From a virus: a DNA stretch of 64,000 bases. Position 1 is the first letter of the stretch; every line of letters starts with the position of its first letter. Below, piece after piece: positions 55,494 through 64,000 of the stretch. Under the pieces are notes generated by a model that was given only the letters and a program-made list of their open reading frames with translations, was not told the DNA's origin and ran no database searches. Where the stretch lies: the IMG/VR virus record IMGVR_UViG_3300042402_007915, positions 32,001 through 96,000 of that record. One strand, 5' to 3'. The translations under genes and the position numbers were made by a program.

Positions 55494-57245
55494 ATGAACA
55501 CAAGAATGACTCCCAAGTTCAGGGACGCTCAAGTTGCTGTTGTAGAAGAATATGTGAGAGGAAGGCGTAAGGGCGTTCTTGAACAGCAGGCTGGTAACGA
55601 GGAGATGAAGAAACGACTTCGACTCCTCGAAGGCAATCTTGTTACTGTACCTGTTCCGATGGATGGTCCAATTCGTGCTAAAGACCTAGACGAAGCTTTG
55701 ACGAGCTACCTTCTTCTCAACGGAAGCTTGGAGCGAGCCACGGAGTCCCATGTTGATTTTTGTTCGAAGCTTACAGAGAACGCTAAGATGCGCCTGGATG
55801 ACTTCGAAGTTAAGACGACAAGGGCTGAAGGTTTGGTTTTGGAAGTAAGTACCGAAGACGATGAGCAGACGCAGATTCATCTTAACCAGTTCCTCAACAA
55901 CAGAGACTTCGGCGATCAGATAGAAACCCCCATTACAGATCCTAAGACGGGTATTGTCTTCACGGAAGACCACCGTTGTTCTCCTCGTGGTCTTGGTGGA
56001 CTTAGACTTCCTGAAGCGGACATTGCCGAACTAAGGTTTGTACAAGCAGACATCAGTTATGAAGACACTTCGTTTTCGAACGTAAAGGCTCCAATCCCAA
56101 CCGATGACCCCGCCAAGGTGTTCCTCGAGAAAGCAGCCTTCAGGTTCAGTTCCTATCAGTCGAAAGACTGGAGAAAGACAAAGTCTAATGCAGCTTTGGG
56201 TTTGGTTTTGACGCTGCCTGGTTCCCAGCTAATCAACTCAATTAGAGTCAGAATGGGGTCGGCAAAGAAGACCGAAGTTGAGGAGCTTTACTTCGAGAAC
56301 GAATATGGCGAGTGGGAAAGTATTGAGGTGCATATACCAGTTGAAGGAGATAGCTTTGAGTTGCTATTTGCTCCAGTTACCACACGCCGGCTTAGGATTG
56401 TTTTTGTGCAGTACTCTCCGCTTTACGTGGGACCTCAAACCTTTAGTTTTGATAACAGAGTAATGCAGGAAGAAGTAGAGCATTACGAATTCGTAATCAA
56501 AGAGATTTGGGCGCGTAGGATCCAGTACAAGGGTCTTGGGTACTTTTTGAGCAAGAGCATGGAAGTAGAGCGGCCCCTCTCTTTCTCCCTCAAGGAAGCA
56601 GTGCTCGACCTAACAGGTTCACACGCAAGGTACTTTGTAAGTGATACTGTTACAACAGACACCTTAACTGATAAGTACCTACTCCTTACCTTGAGGGGAA
56701 GGGCGGGGAAAGAAAGCGAAGTCATCATTGCTGTACCTAGCAGCGCTACCGAAGCGGAGATGCTCCCAAGTACCAACCAAGCTAGTAGACTGAACTTCGC
56801 ACCACTCATCACAGAAACATCTGCTCCTGTAGTCAAGAACAGTTCTGGCGTCCTAGTGTTTGGTACTGACTACGAGATTACTTATAACGGCATTAACTGG
56901 ATTGGTGCGTACGACAGTACAAATCCATATATCAATGGAGACTTAACACCGGTAGCGACTTCAGCGCAAATAAGATTACTGGCTCCAGAATCCGGAGAGC
57001 TCTACTGGATTGAATACAAAGCTATGCCTAACCAGTATCTTGAGAAGTCTAAGAGATTCTTTCTGAAGAATGGTAGAGTGCAAACGGCGAAGAAAAATAA
57101 CCTGCTGGAAGGAGAAGTGAGAGTTCTCTACGTACTAAGATCTCTTTCTAACGATTTCTATCTAACACCCGTAATCAAGAATTACTTGCTGCGTGTAAGG
57201 GAAGGGAACAATGAGAACGAATCTTCTAGGCCAAGAGAGTCCTAA
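55494..57245 (+). CDS. Baseplate-periphery protein, paralog A (coiled coil + discoidin-like sandwich)
   Basis: Shares ordered motifs with the next two genes (LVLTL..INSIRV, FAPVTTRRLRIVFVQ, C-terminal TPVIKNYLLRV). Confidence 0.6.
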   Translation: MNTRMTPKFRDAQVAVVEEYVRGRRKGVLEQQAGNEEMKKRLRLLEGNLVTVPVPMDGPIRAKDLDEALTSYLLLNGSLERATESHVDFCSKLTENAKMRLDDFEVKTTRAEGLVLEVSTEDDEQTQIHLNQFLNNRDFGDQIETPITDPKTGIVFTEDHRCSPRGLGGLRLPEADIAELRFVQADISYEDTSFSNVKAPIPTDDPAKVFLEKAAFRFSSYQSKDWRKTKSNAALGLVLTLPGSQLINSIRVRMGSAKKTEVEELYFENEYGEWESIEVHIPVEGDSFELLFAPVTTRRLRIVFVQYSPLYVGPQTFSFDNRVMQEEVEHYEFVIKEIWARRIQYKGLGYFLSKSMEVERPLSFSLKEAVLDLTGSHARYFVSDTVTTDTLTDKYLLLTLRGRAGKESEVIIAVPSSATEAEMLPSTNQASRLNFAPLITETSAPVVKNSSGVLVFGTDYEITYNGINWIGAYDSTNPYINGDLTPVATSAQIRLLAPESGELYWIEYKAMPNQYLEKSKRFFLKNGRVQTAKKNNLLEGEVRVLYVLRSLSNDFYLTPVIKNYLLRVREGNNENESSRPRES

Positions 57246-60078
57246 GGTATTTGCTCAACAGGTTGCAGATAGAAGCATTGCAACCTTTCGTTCGAGTAGA
57301 GGTTCAGTTGAAGAGGCCGCCGATGCTAGGGCGGCCGTAAGTTCTTTCTTCCTCAAGGTCATAGAGGCTGACCTCAACCTTGTTGAACAGGGGGATTATA
57401 TTGACCCCGAGAAGATGAGCCTGCTTAATCAGTACCTCAGTACTCTTGCTGTGCTGACCGAAGAAGCCTACTCTAACCTTGTCGCAAGAGAAAAAGAGTT
57501 TGCAAACGTGTCAGACGCTTTAGACACGGCCCTCTCTAGTTCACTCGTGAAAGTAAACCAGAAGCACTCGGCTCTTAAGTCTCTGTCGTCTACGGCAGCA
57601 CAAGTGGTCCGTGAAGGTTTTAAGAGGAGAGAGCGGCTGGCTTTAACTGGAGCTGCCGAAGAGCTTGCACTGTTCTCCAGGCAGGGAGTTGCTACTCTAC
57701 CTATTGAAAGCGAAGCCATCGTATCTATCTCAAAGATGTCTATCGCTCGTGGCTCTAACGGCATTAACGGAAACTCGGATAGAAAGGTGTTGCCTGAACT
57801 TGGGTACCTAAGTTCAATCTTGGACAGCAATCCAGACAACCACTTTGAGTACGAGTCTTACAAGCGTGGACCTTTAACTCTCAAGCTCAGAGTACAGCTT
57901 GACCGAGAATCTATTGTTAACCATCTACGTTTCAAGTTTGTGAATCCGGAAAGCGTTCCAAGTTTTACTGTTGAAAACATTCTAATCAACGACAAGAACT
58001 TGGGCATGATGAGCGTCAAGGAGTTGTGCCCTAACAGAAAGGAGCCAGACTTCTGGGACGCCATCAATGAGGATGGCACGGGGAACTGGGAGGTTGTTTT
58101 CCTCCCAGTAATCGCAACAGAGTTCACGCTTGTTCTGAAGCAGACACACGCCAACACTGAAGGCAGAAAGGCCATTGGTATCGGCGGCATGGAAGTAAAA
58201 GGAATTCGGTTCAAATCAAGTGGAAAGATTTCTTCAAAGCCAAGGGGGCTGGCTTCGTCTCTGTACTACGCAGAGAGACGCGCCCGTATTTTCCCTCCAG
58301 GTGAACGCTTCTACAAAGCAGATATCAAAACAGAGTATGAAATTGACGGTACAATAGCTCGTGACATTCATGGCCTCAGTGGTGAGGAGCAGGACATGAG
58401 TTGGTCTTGTTCCTTGAGAAGGAAAGAAGGTGCCGTCAGCTCCGCCAAGACGCTTCTAACCAAAGAAGAGTTGTACGAGGTAGATACCCTTACTAGGACA
58501 ATCAACCCAAACAGGTCTCCTGCTCTCGTTCCCCTAAACGTAGACCTTGAAGACACAAAGCTTTTAGTCGTTCAGCCAAACATTGCCAAGGTGGGAGAGA
58601 GGTCAGAACCCGTATCTCTTGGTCGTCTAAACACCGGGCAGTATCGAGTCACAACTCCGACCTCTATCCTTGAAAGAGACTTTGACGTAAGTGACCTTGT
58701 CGTGGAAGTAAGCGGCGAAAGATATGATTACGTTCAGGACACTGCTTCACTTGGAACTGCAAACTGGACCTTCTCCGAACTCTACAAGAAGATCATCCTC
58801 TCGGACGATGCTCCCTCTGGGGGAGAAGTTACTGTCCGGTTTAAGCCAGAAGTTCCTGTCTGGGAGAAGACACCTAACGGCTATGCCTGTAACCCAAGCT
58901 TCCTCTTTGATCCCGACAAGAAGCTTATCAGCATCTCCTTGACGGATGAACTCAACGCAAGCAAGGTCTTCAATCTGCCTAGGAACCAAGAAGTCATCCG
59001 CCTCCCGCACAAGCATATCAACCGAGATAGTGCTCAGCTTGTGGGTTCTGATGGTGTTGTTCTCGAGCTTGTAGATACTGTTGCCGAGCTTGCCTCTGGT
59101 AAGTGGTACCTCGATGAAAGTATTGGTGTTGTGAAGCTGTATGAAAGTTCAGGCCTTCTTGCGCTTACTCTTCACTACAGCTGTTCGCCTCGTACTGAGG
59201 TGAGAAAAGAACAGTACTCGGTGCTATTCGAAGGGGTTACTCCGAAGAGCCTCTTGGTGAGTTCGGAAGCTTTTAATGCATTCAGTGTTAGCGAACGTAA
59301 GGGCGATGAATTGATTAGCCGCAACAACCCGGTGACAGGGCGCTGGGGAGCAAGGAATGACCCCTACACTGGTGTCTCCAACAAGAAGCGCCTTTCATAC
59401 GAATCAATTATCAAGGGCACTCTTAAGACCAAGAACTTGTTTGTTGTCGGAGAAGACGCAGAAGAAATCCCGTACATTAACGGGTACTTGGAATTCTTAG
59501 GCGCCACTTATTCGGAAGAGAAGACAAACCAAACAGCTCCTGTTGCGGGTGTTGTTACGTTCTCTCTTGCCGGCGGCTCTCTTACTCTCAAGGAACTTGG
59601 TGTTCGTTTTTCAGACACAAGTGTGTTTGTTTCCCAGAAGGCTTTGTTGGGTGGGTTGTCCTCTACAGGTGACTACCACATTTCAAACTCTGGTGTTGTT
59701 TCGGTCAAGAGACCAACAGCACTGCCTGCAGACATTACTGTGTCCTACTACTACAGCAACCCAAGGTTTGTTTCCTCTAACAAGTATTCTGTCGATTACA
59801 GAAACGGAGACATCTTTAGTGAAACAGACATGAGGGACGAAGGAATAATTAGGTACAAAGTTTGTCCCTCTGTAATCGAGTATGATATCGTTAAAGAGTT
59901 AACAGAGGCTGTGTATTATGATGAGACGAATCTGTTGACTGTTGCAACAGAGGAAATGCTGCCTGTAAATAACAAGGTCAAAGTCTTCTGGAAGAAAACA
60001 GTGAACGTAGATACGCTAGAGGATTTGGCGGCCTACTTCTCCCCCATTGTGACAGCAATCACTCATAGGTACTACTAA
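57211..60078 (+). CDS. Baseplate-periphery protein, paralog B
   Basis: LRVQL..VNHLRF, FLPVIATEFTLVLKQ, C-terminal SPIVTAITHRY; extra repeated beta modules. Confidence 0.6.
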   Translation: MRTNLLGQESPKVFAQQVADRSIATFRSSRGSVEEAADARAAVSSFFLKVIEADLNLVEQGDYIDPEKMSLLNQYLSTLAVLTEEAYSNLVAREKEFANVSDALDTALSSSLVKVNQKHSALKSLSSTAAQVVREGFKRRERLALTGAAEELALFSRQGVATLPIESEAIVSISKMSIARGSNGINGNSDRKVLPELGYLSSILDSNPDNHFEYESYKRGPLTLKLRVQLDRESIVNHLRFKFVNPESVPSFTVENILINDKNLGMMSVKELCPNRKEPDFWDAINEDGTGNWEVVFLPVIATEFTLVLKQTHANTEGRKAIGIGGMEVKGIRFKSSGKISSKPRGLASSLYYAERRARIFPPGERFYKADIKTEYEIDGTIARDIHGLSGEEQDMSWSCSLRRKEGAVSSAKTLLTKEELYEVDTLTRTINPNRSPALVPLNVDLEDTKLLVVQPNIAKVGERSEPVSLGRLNTGQYRVTTPTSILERDFDVSDLVVEVSGERYDYVQDTASLGTANWTFSELYKKIILSDDAPSGGEVTVRFKPEVPVWEKTPNGYACNPSFLFDPDKKLISISLTDELNASKVFNLPRNQEVIRLPHKHINRDSAQLVGSDGVVLELVDTVAELASGKWYLDESIGVVKLYESSGLLALTLHYSCSPRTEVRKEQYSVLFEGVTPKSLLVSSEAFNAFSVSERKGDELISRNNPVTGRWGARNDPYTGVSNKKRLSYESIIKGTLKTKNLFVVGEDAEEIPYINGYLEFLGATYSEEKTNQTAPVAGVVTFSLAGGSLTLKELGVRFSDTSVFVSQKALLGGLSSTGDYHISNSGVVSVKRPTALPADITVSYYYSNPRFVSSNKYSVDYRNGDIFSETDMRDEGIIRYKVCPSVIEYDIVKELTEAVYYDETNLLTVATEEMLPVNNKVKVFWKKTVNVDTLEDLAAYFSPIVTAITHRYY

Positions 60079-62048
60079 TGAAACCCAAGCTAGAAGAAGC
60101 CATCGCAACCTTTGTCCTTGAGAATAGAAGGGCTCCATCTGCGTACGAGCTTAGACTTCTTGAGGAAGGGGTAAATAAAAACCCCCTACCGGATTTTGAT
60201 CCGGAGGGGGTGGAGATTGCTTTCAGAGAACAGTCTGACGCATTTAAGTTCAGCAAGTTAATGAAGCAAAGATTTGTTCGTGGGTTGAAGGCTTACGAAG
60301 AGATGCTCATGCAGTCCGCCAAGCTTAGGGAAGAACTGATCTTCAAAAAGCACGCCGCTAGTAGAATGCTGGATCGTCTTGCTCGGGTAGAGCAAGGGCT
60401 CGACAACATCTTGCTGAAAAAAGAAAACAAGTTGTTCTTCGCTACGGCAGAAGAGACCTTTGATACTAGAGCCAAGGTGGTAAGACAGAGCACTACGGCG
60501 TCTATTAAAGATGGCAATGTCTTCCTTGGTAAAACAAATGAAAGCAGCATTGAACTGTCTTCGGGAATGATTTCGTATGCGATCTATGCGCCCAAAGGCA
60601 TCATCTCCAAAGCTGTAACCGAAAGCACAGAGGCCCTAAAAAACAACGACGGGGTTATGTGGAATGCTTTTGTTTACACCGACTACGAGGTGGGAGAGAT
60701 TGCATTAGAGCTAACCATCGAATTGCCAAAGCCAACCACTATCAAGAGGCTTGAACTGATAGGCCCTCCAGTGAACGGCAACTCAGATACAACAGTCGCT
60801 GTCTTCTCTAGGTCCCCTAATGGGAAGCTGCAATCCATTGCTCCAGGTGAAGAAGCCTTTAGGAGCCTAAACACTTTCTTGGTGAACAAAGACGAAGTCG
60901 CTTCAATCAGCATTGTGCTCAAGAAGTCTGCCTTCGACACAAAAACTGATTCGGGAAGACAGAACGTCTACGTGTTCAGTCTAGACCAGTTGGTGTTGTA
61001 TGGAAGGGGGACGGAAGAGAGTCTGGAGTCTGTGTTGGTTTGCGGCCCCTACTCCTTCCTCAAGGACAATACCGCAGTTAAGTTTCAAAAGGCTCAGCTC
61101 TTCCCTTGTGAGTTCAAACCTAAAGACACAAGCATTAGTTACTTCCTGTCTGATGACGGCACCAACTTCCTTCCTTGGACTTCTGAGCCTGTACACTTCC
61201 AAGAGGAGGCAGAAGGAACAAGCGCGGCCCTCATTGAAGAGCTAGAGAACGGACAGTCTTTGATTGCAGATCCTGAAGTAATTGAAGAAGCAGAACTTCA
61301 AGTTTCACTGTCATACGAAGACGAAGCCATCGTCAATAAATACATTGATCCGGATGAAGCTGCCAATGTTCCTCTAACAACCCTCTTGGTCAAGAGAGGA
61401 ATCCTAACTGCAAGTAACAGAGATGTTAAGTTCTTCAACGCTACCTCGGGATGGAGATACAAGCGCGGAATCTATTACACATGCGTAGTCGTTAAAGAAG
61501 GGGAGGGCAAGACCCTGGACTTTGGACCCAACTCAATCAGGGTCAACGGCGTAGAGAAGAGCGGCCTAGTTACTTTCCCTCAAGGTATCAACGAAGTAGG
61601 TGTGTACAGTGCTAACTGGAAAACAATTGAACCACAAGCCCTAACAGAAGTGGAGCTTGAACAAGAAGACTCTCTGTACCCCTATAACCATAAGTACCTA
61701 CTACAAGGCTATCAGTATGCAATAGGATACACCGGAGAGAAGATCTACAACGGCTTTGATGAAATGTTTGCCGTGAAAATGGACTTCGTGTACCCAGAAA
61801 TTTTTGCAGTAAAGGACCTGACAGAAGAAGATTTCTATTCGGTCTTTACGGTAGAAGAAGAAGAAACGGGCTCCTTCATTAAAGTCAAGATTGACAGAAG
61901 CAGCCAAGAGTGGGTTAACGAACTCATCTCTGTATCCTGGTCCAAGATCTCGGCAAGCAGAACTCAGCTATGGGTCAAGGCCATACTAAGAACAACAGTG
62001 CCGGGACTAAGCCCGAGACTCGAATCCTTTAAGCTTCAGGTGGGGTAA
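60078..62048 (+). CDS. Baseplate-periphery protein, paralog C
   Basis: LTIEL..IKRLEL, VASISIVLKK, C-terminal SPRLESFKLQV. Confidence 0.6.
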   Translation: MKPKLEEAIATFVLENRRAPSAYELRLLEEGVNKNPLPDFDPEGVEIAFREQSDAFKFSKLMKQRFVRGLKAYEEMLMQSAKLREELIFKKHAASRMLDRLARVEQGLDNILLKKENKLFFATAEETFDTRAKVVRQSTTASIKDGNVFLGKTNESSIELSSGMISYAIYAPKGIISKAVTESTEALKNNDGVMWNAFVYTDYEVGEIALELTIELPKPTTIKRLELIGPPVNGNSDTTVAVFSRSPNGKLQSIAPGEEAFRSLNTFLVNKDEVASISIVLKKSAFDTKTDSGRQNVYVFSLDQLVLYGRGTEESLESVLVCGPYSFLKDNTAVKFQKAQLFPCEFKPKDTSISYFLSDDGTNFLPWTSEPVHFQEEAEGTSAALIEELENGQSLIADPEVIEEAELQVSLSYEDEAIVNKYIDPDEAANVPLTTLLVKRGILTASNRDVKFFNATSGWRYKRGIYYTCVVVKEGEGKTLDFGPNSIRVNGVEKSGLVTFPQGINEVGVYSANWKTIEPQALTEVELEQEDSLYPYNHKYLLQGYQYAIGYTGEKIYNGFDEMFAVKMDFVYPEIFAVKDLTEEDFYSVFTVEEEETGSFIKVKIDRSSQEWVNELISVSWSKISASRTQLWVKAILRTTVPGLSPRLESFKLQVG

Positions 62049-62051
62049 CAA

Positions 62052-63341
62052 ATGGCTACGCTAACTAACAAACTACATACTGTCACTCAAGCGACAAGCA
62101 AGTTGGTCGCTGATAGGAGCGTAGTGAAGGACCTGGCAGGGATCGTTGAGCAACTTAACGAAGTCAACTACCCCCTGTTTGACGCACTACCGAGTACTGG
62201 TAAGGGTCATAACATTGATGCACTGGACTACGGTCTAAGTGGGAATGTCGTCTTTACTGACGTTGAAGCAAGTCTTGGTTCTGAACCTGTGTACTGGAAC
62301 ACTGCTCAGGGTAGACCTTGTACTGTTAAAGAGAGCCTTGAGGAAGTAAGTGCGCGGCTTGTTGGGCTGGACAATACAGTGGCGGCCCTTAATGACATTG
62401 CAGAGTACGATGACAGCGCTCTGTCTGACGGATTGGCAGAGCTTGAACTTAAAGTGGGGCAGGTTGCAGAGGATTCCTTTGGCGCTGGTTACACCTTGAA
62501 TTCAGATGGCGCCACCGTACTTCCCTACTCTGTGGCTGAGGTCCTAGACGCCCTGGGCGGGCTGTGTGAGGGCTATCTGGGGACAGGGCTAACCCACAGC
62601 GGTACTTTCCCAAGCATCTCCATCGCGAGAGGCTCAGTGTCGGAACTTGATGGAAACCTAGCTGAAATCTACGGAGCTATTGGCCTAGAAGAAGGTGACG
62701 AAACTATTGATTACTCCCTAGCTGGAGGTCCTTGGTCCTTTACCGATGGAATGTCTCTCGCACATGCAATGGTTAGTGTCGACGAGAACCTGTTCCGTCA
62801 ATGGGGAGAGCGTACCTTTGAAGCAGATCATCTTCACATCAATACTTCGGACACAGAAGTTAACGTAAGCTTTAACGCCTTGAGTTACCTCGGAGGAGAT
62901 GAAACGTACTTCCAAACCTTGGACATTACAGAGAACGTCGGCGCCCACTACTTTTCTCTCCAGGTAGTACCCCCAGTAGACGAAGACGGAAGAGCCCCTT
63001 CACAACTACAAGTAGAAGTATTCGCAACCTTCCTAAACCCACCCTCAGCAGGTACTGTAGCCAAGCTAGAAGTCTATGGACAAAACCAAGTCCCCTCAGG
63101 CCCACGGCTCCTAAGACACGGAGATGCACTAAACGTAGGCCACAAGCTTCTTGAAACCCTTACCTTCACCTACTCGGCTGTGAACACCCTTCATATTGCT
63201 ACCGGGAGTATGCACTCTATCGATAGCACCAACAAGGGTTTGATCACGCTGAAGTTCAAACGTCATTTTGGAACAATTGTCGGAGACGACTTCGATGGAA
63301 CACTCTCCGTACTGTTAGTAAAAGTTAAATGGTTCAAGTAA
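62052..63341 (+). CDS. Fibre-like protein with C-terminal beta-sandwich head (putative receptor-binding protein)
   Basis: Short coiled segments (TVKESLEEV, GMSLAHAMVSVDENL) followed by a beta-rich C-terminal domain; end of the tail module. Confidence 0.5.
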   Translation: MATLTNKLHTVTQATSKLVADRSVVKDLAGIVEQLNEVNYPLFDALPSTGKGHNIDALDYGLSGNVVFTDVEASLGSEPVYWNTAQGRPCTVKESLEEVSARLVGLDNTVAALNDIAEYDDSALSDGLAELELKVGQVAEDSFGAGYTLNSDGATVLPYSVAEVLDALGGLCEGYLGTGLTHSGTFPSISIARGSVSELDGNLAEIYGAIGLEEGDETIDYSLAGGPWSFTDGMSLAHAMVSVDENLFRQWGERTFEADHLHINTSDTEVNVSFNALSYLGGDETYFQTLDITENVGAHYFSLQVVPPVDEDGRAPSQLQVEVFATFLNPPSAGTVAKLEVYGQNQVPSGPRLLRHGDALNVGHKLLETLTFTYSAVNTLHIATGSMHSIDSTNKGLITLKFKRHFGTIVGDDFDGTLSVLLVKVKWFK

Positions 63342-63356
63342 CCGAGGAGGCGACCT

Positions 63357-63770
63357 ATGGCAGAAAAGAACGCTGAAGAGGTGCTTCAGAGCTTACAAGC
63401 AATGAGACAAGAAGACCTTCGCGCCCTTGCCGAAAAGGAACGCGACCTAGTTTCAATGATTAGGGTCATGGAAGGAAGGCAGAATGCTCGGCTTCAAAGA
63501 GTTGAAGACAACCTCGCAAGGATAACAACCGACAGAGATTCAGACGTGGCAGATGCAAAAGAGTCCTTGAAAGAGATCAACGAAAAGATTAGTGCTATCT
63601 CGACTAAGCTCGTACAGCACAATCTGGACTTTGCAACGTTTAGCGCCAAGTTCAGTACTAAGACTGAAGGGGCCGATAATCTACTATGGAGGATTGTAGT
63701 GCCACTAATCACTGGTGTAGGAGTAGGCGCGGCCCTATTACTCGCTAAAGTAGTACTGGGGGTTTCATGA
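63357..63770 (+). CDS. Coiled-coil protein with a C-terminal transmembrane helix (XhlA/holin-like)
   Basis: GAGGAGG SD; heptad N-terminal region, then LLWRIVVPLITGVGVGAALLLAKVVLG; located after the fibre genes. Confidence 0.55.
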   Translation: MAEKNAEEVLQSLQAMRQEDLRALAEKERDLVSMIRVMEGRQNARLQRVEDNLARITTDRDSDVADAKESLKEINEKISAISTKLVQHNLDFATFSAKFSTKTEGADNLLWRIVVPLITGVGVGAALLLAKVVLGVS

Positions 63771-63988
63771 CAGAACTGCAATACCAAAGAGTATTGGCTC
63801 GTCTAACTAAACTAGAAAACACAATGAATGACTTGATCACTGCACACCAACACTTCATCACTGCTCTCCAGGTAACAGAACTACTAACTATTACCCAAGC
63901 AAAGATTGAAGAGCTCAGGATCACTACCGAGTCTCTTGTGGATAGGGTAGAGGTCCTAGAGGAAGAGCCTTACGAAGACCGAACGTAA
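63767..63988 (+). CDS. Small coiled-coil hypothetical protein
   Basis: 73 aa, ATGA overlap with the previous gene, heptad pattern. Confidence 0.55.
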   Translation: MTELQYQRVLARLTKLENTMNDLITAHQHFITALQVTELLTITQAKIEELRITTESLVDRVEVLEEEPYEDRT

Positions 63989-64000
63989 CCGCAGAAGAGA

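Noticed and set aside
19284-63341. Interpretation as an eCIS/tailocin or T6SS-like locus
   Set aside because: Terminase, portal, protease and major capsid genes are contiguous with the tail genes, so this is a complete phage virion module.
63357-63988. Complete lysis cassette or spanin pair
   Set aside because: No endolysin or lipobox is visible in the window; only a holin-like topology can be supported.
1-64000. Stop-codon reassignment, tRNAs, CRISPR arrays, IS elements, inteins/introns or homing endonucleases
   Set aside because: Genes tile almost without gaps under code 11 and end in TAA, TAG and TGA. There is no intergenic room for RNA genes or arrays, and no intein splice or LAGLIDADG/HNH motifs were seen in terL, portal or the RNAP.

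Overview
The whole window is one co-oriented (+ strand), densely packed virion-morphogenesis region of a large contractile-tailed phage (jumbo-type myovirus), read with the standard genetic code. Gene order: a partial Gly-zipper/SNase-nuclease protein, a Gly-zipper protein, large terminase, five unknown genes, portal, prohead protease/scaffold, capsid-decoration-like protein, major capsid protein, neck genes, tail sheath, three tail-tube paralogs, two tail chaperones, three giant proteins (1365, 1767 and 2968 aa), spike/wedge/baseplate genes, three paralogous baseplate-periphery proteins, fibres and a holin-like gene. From memory, the layout resembles Bacillus phage 0305phi8-36/phage G-type myoviruses; this was not verified by a search. 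The main finding is the 1767-aa protein (29270-34573) in the tape-measure position. It carries, in the correct order, the conserved motifs of both barrels of a two-barrel RNA polymerase: beta-type KNVLVAV..ENEG and K-x7-K, then beta'-type GK, RAPAL and DADGD, then a bridge-helix-like segment. It also shares N- and C-terminal motifs with the adjacent tape-measure-like protein, which suggests a single-chain virion RNA polymerase loaded into and delivered through the tail. Other notable signals: an intact thermonuclease domain on a Gly-zipper protein, a catalytically dead terminase-ATPase paralog, a probable Asp-specific head maturation system, an M23 peptidase/hub mega-protein and recurring synonymous-site skew flips. 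All assignments come from motifs and gene order read by eye; no database search was run.
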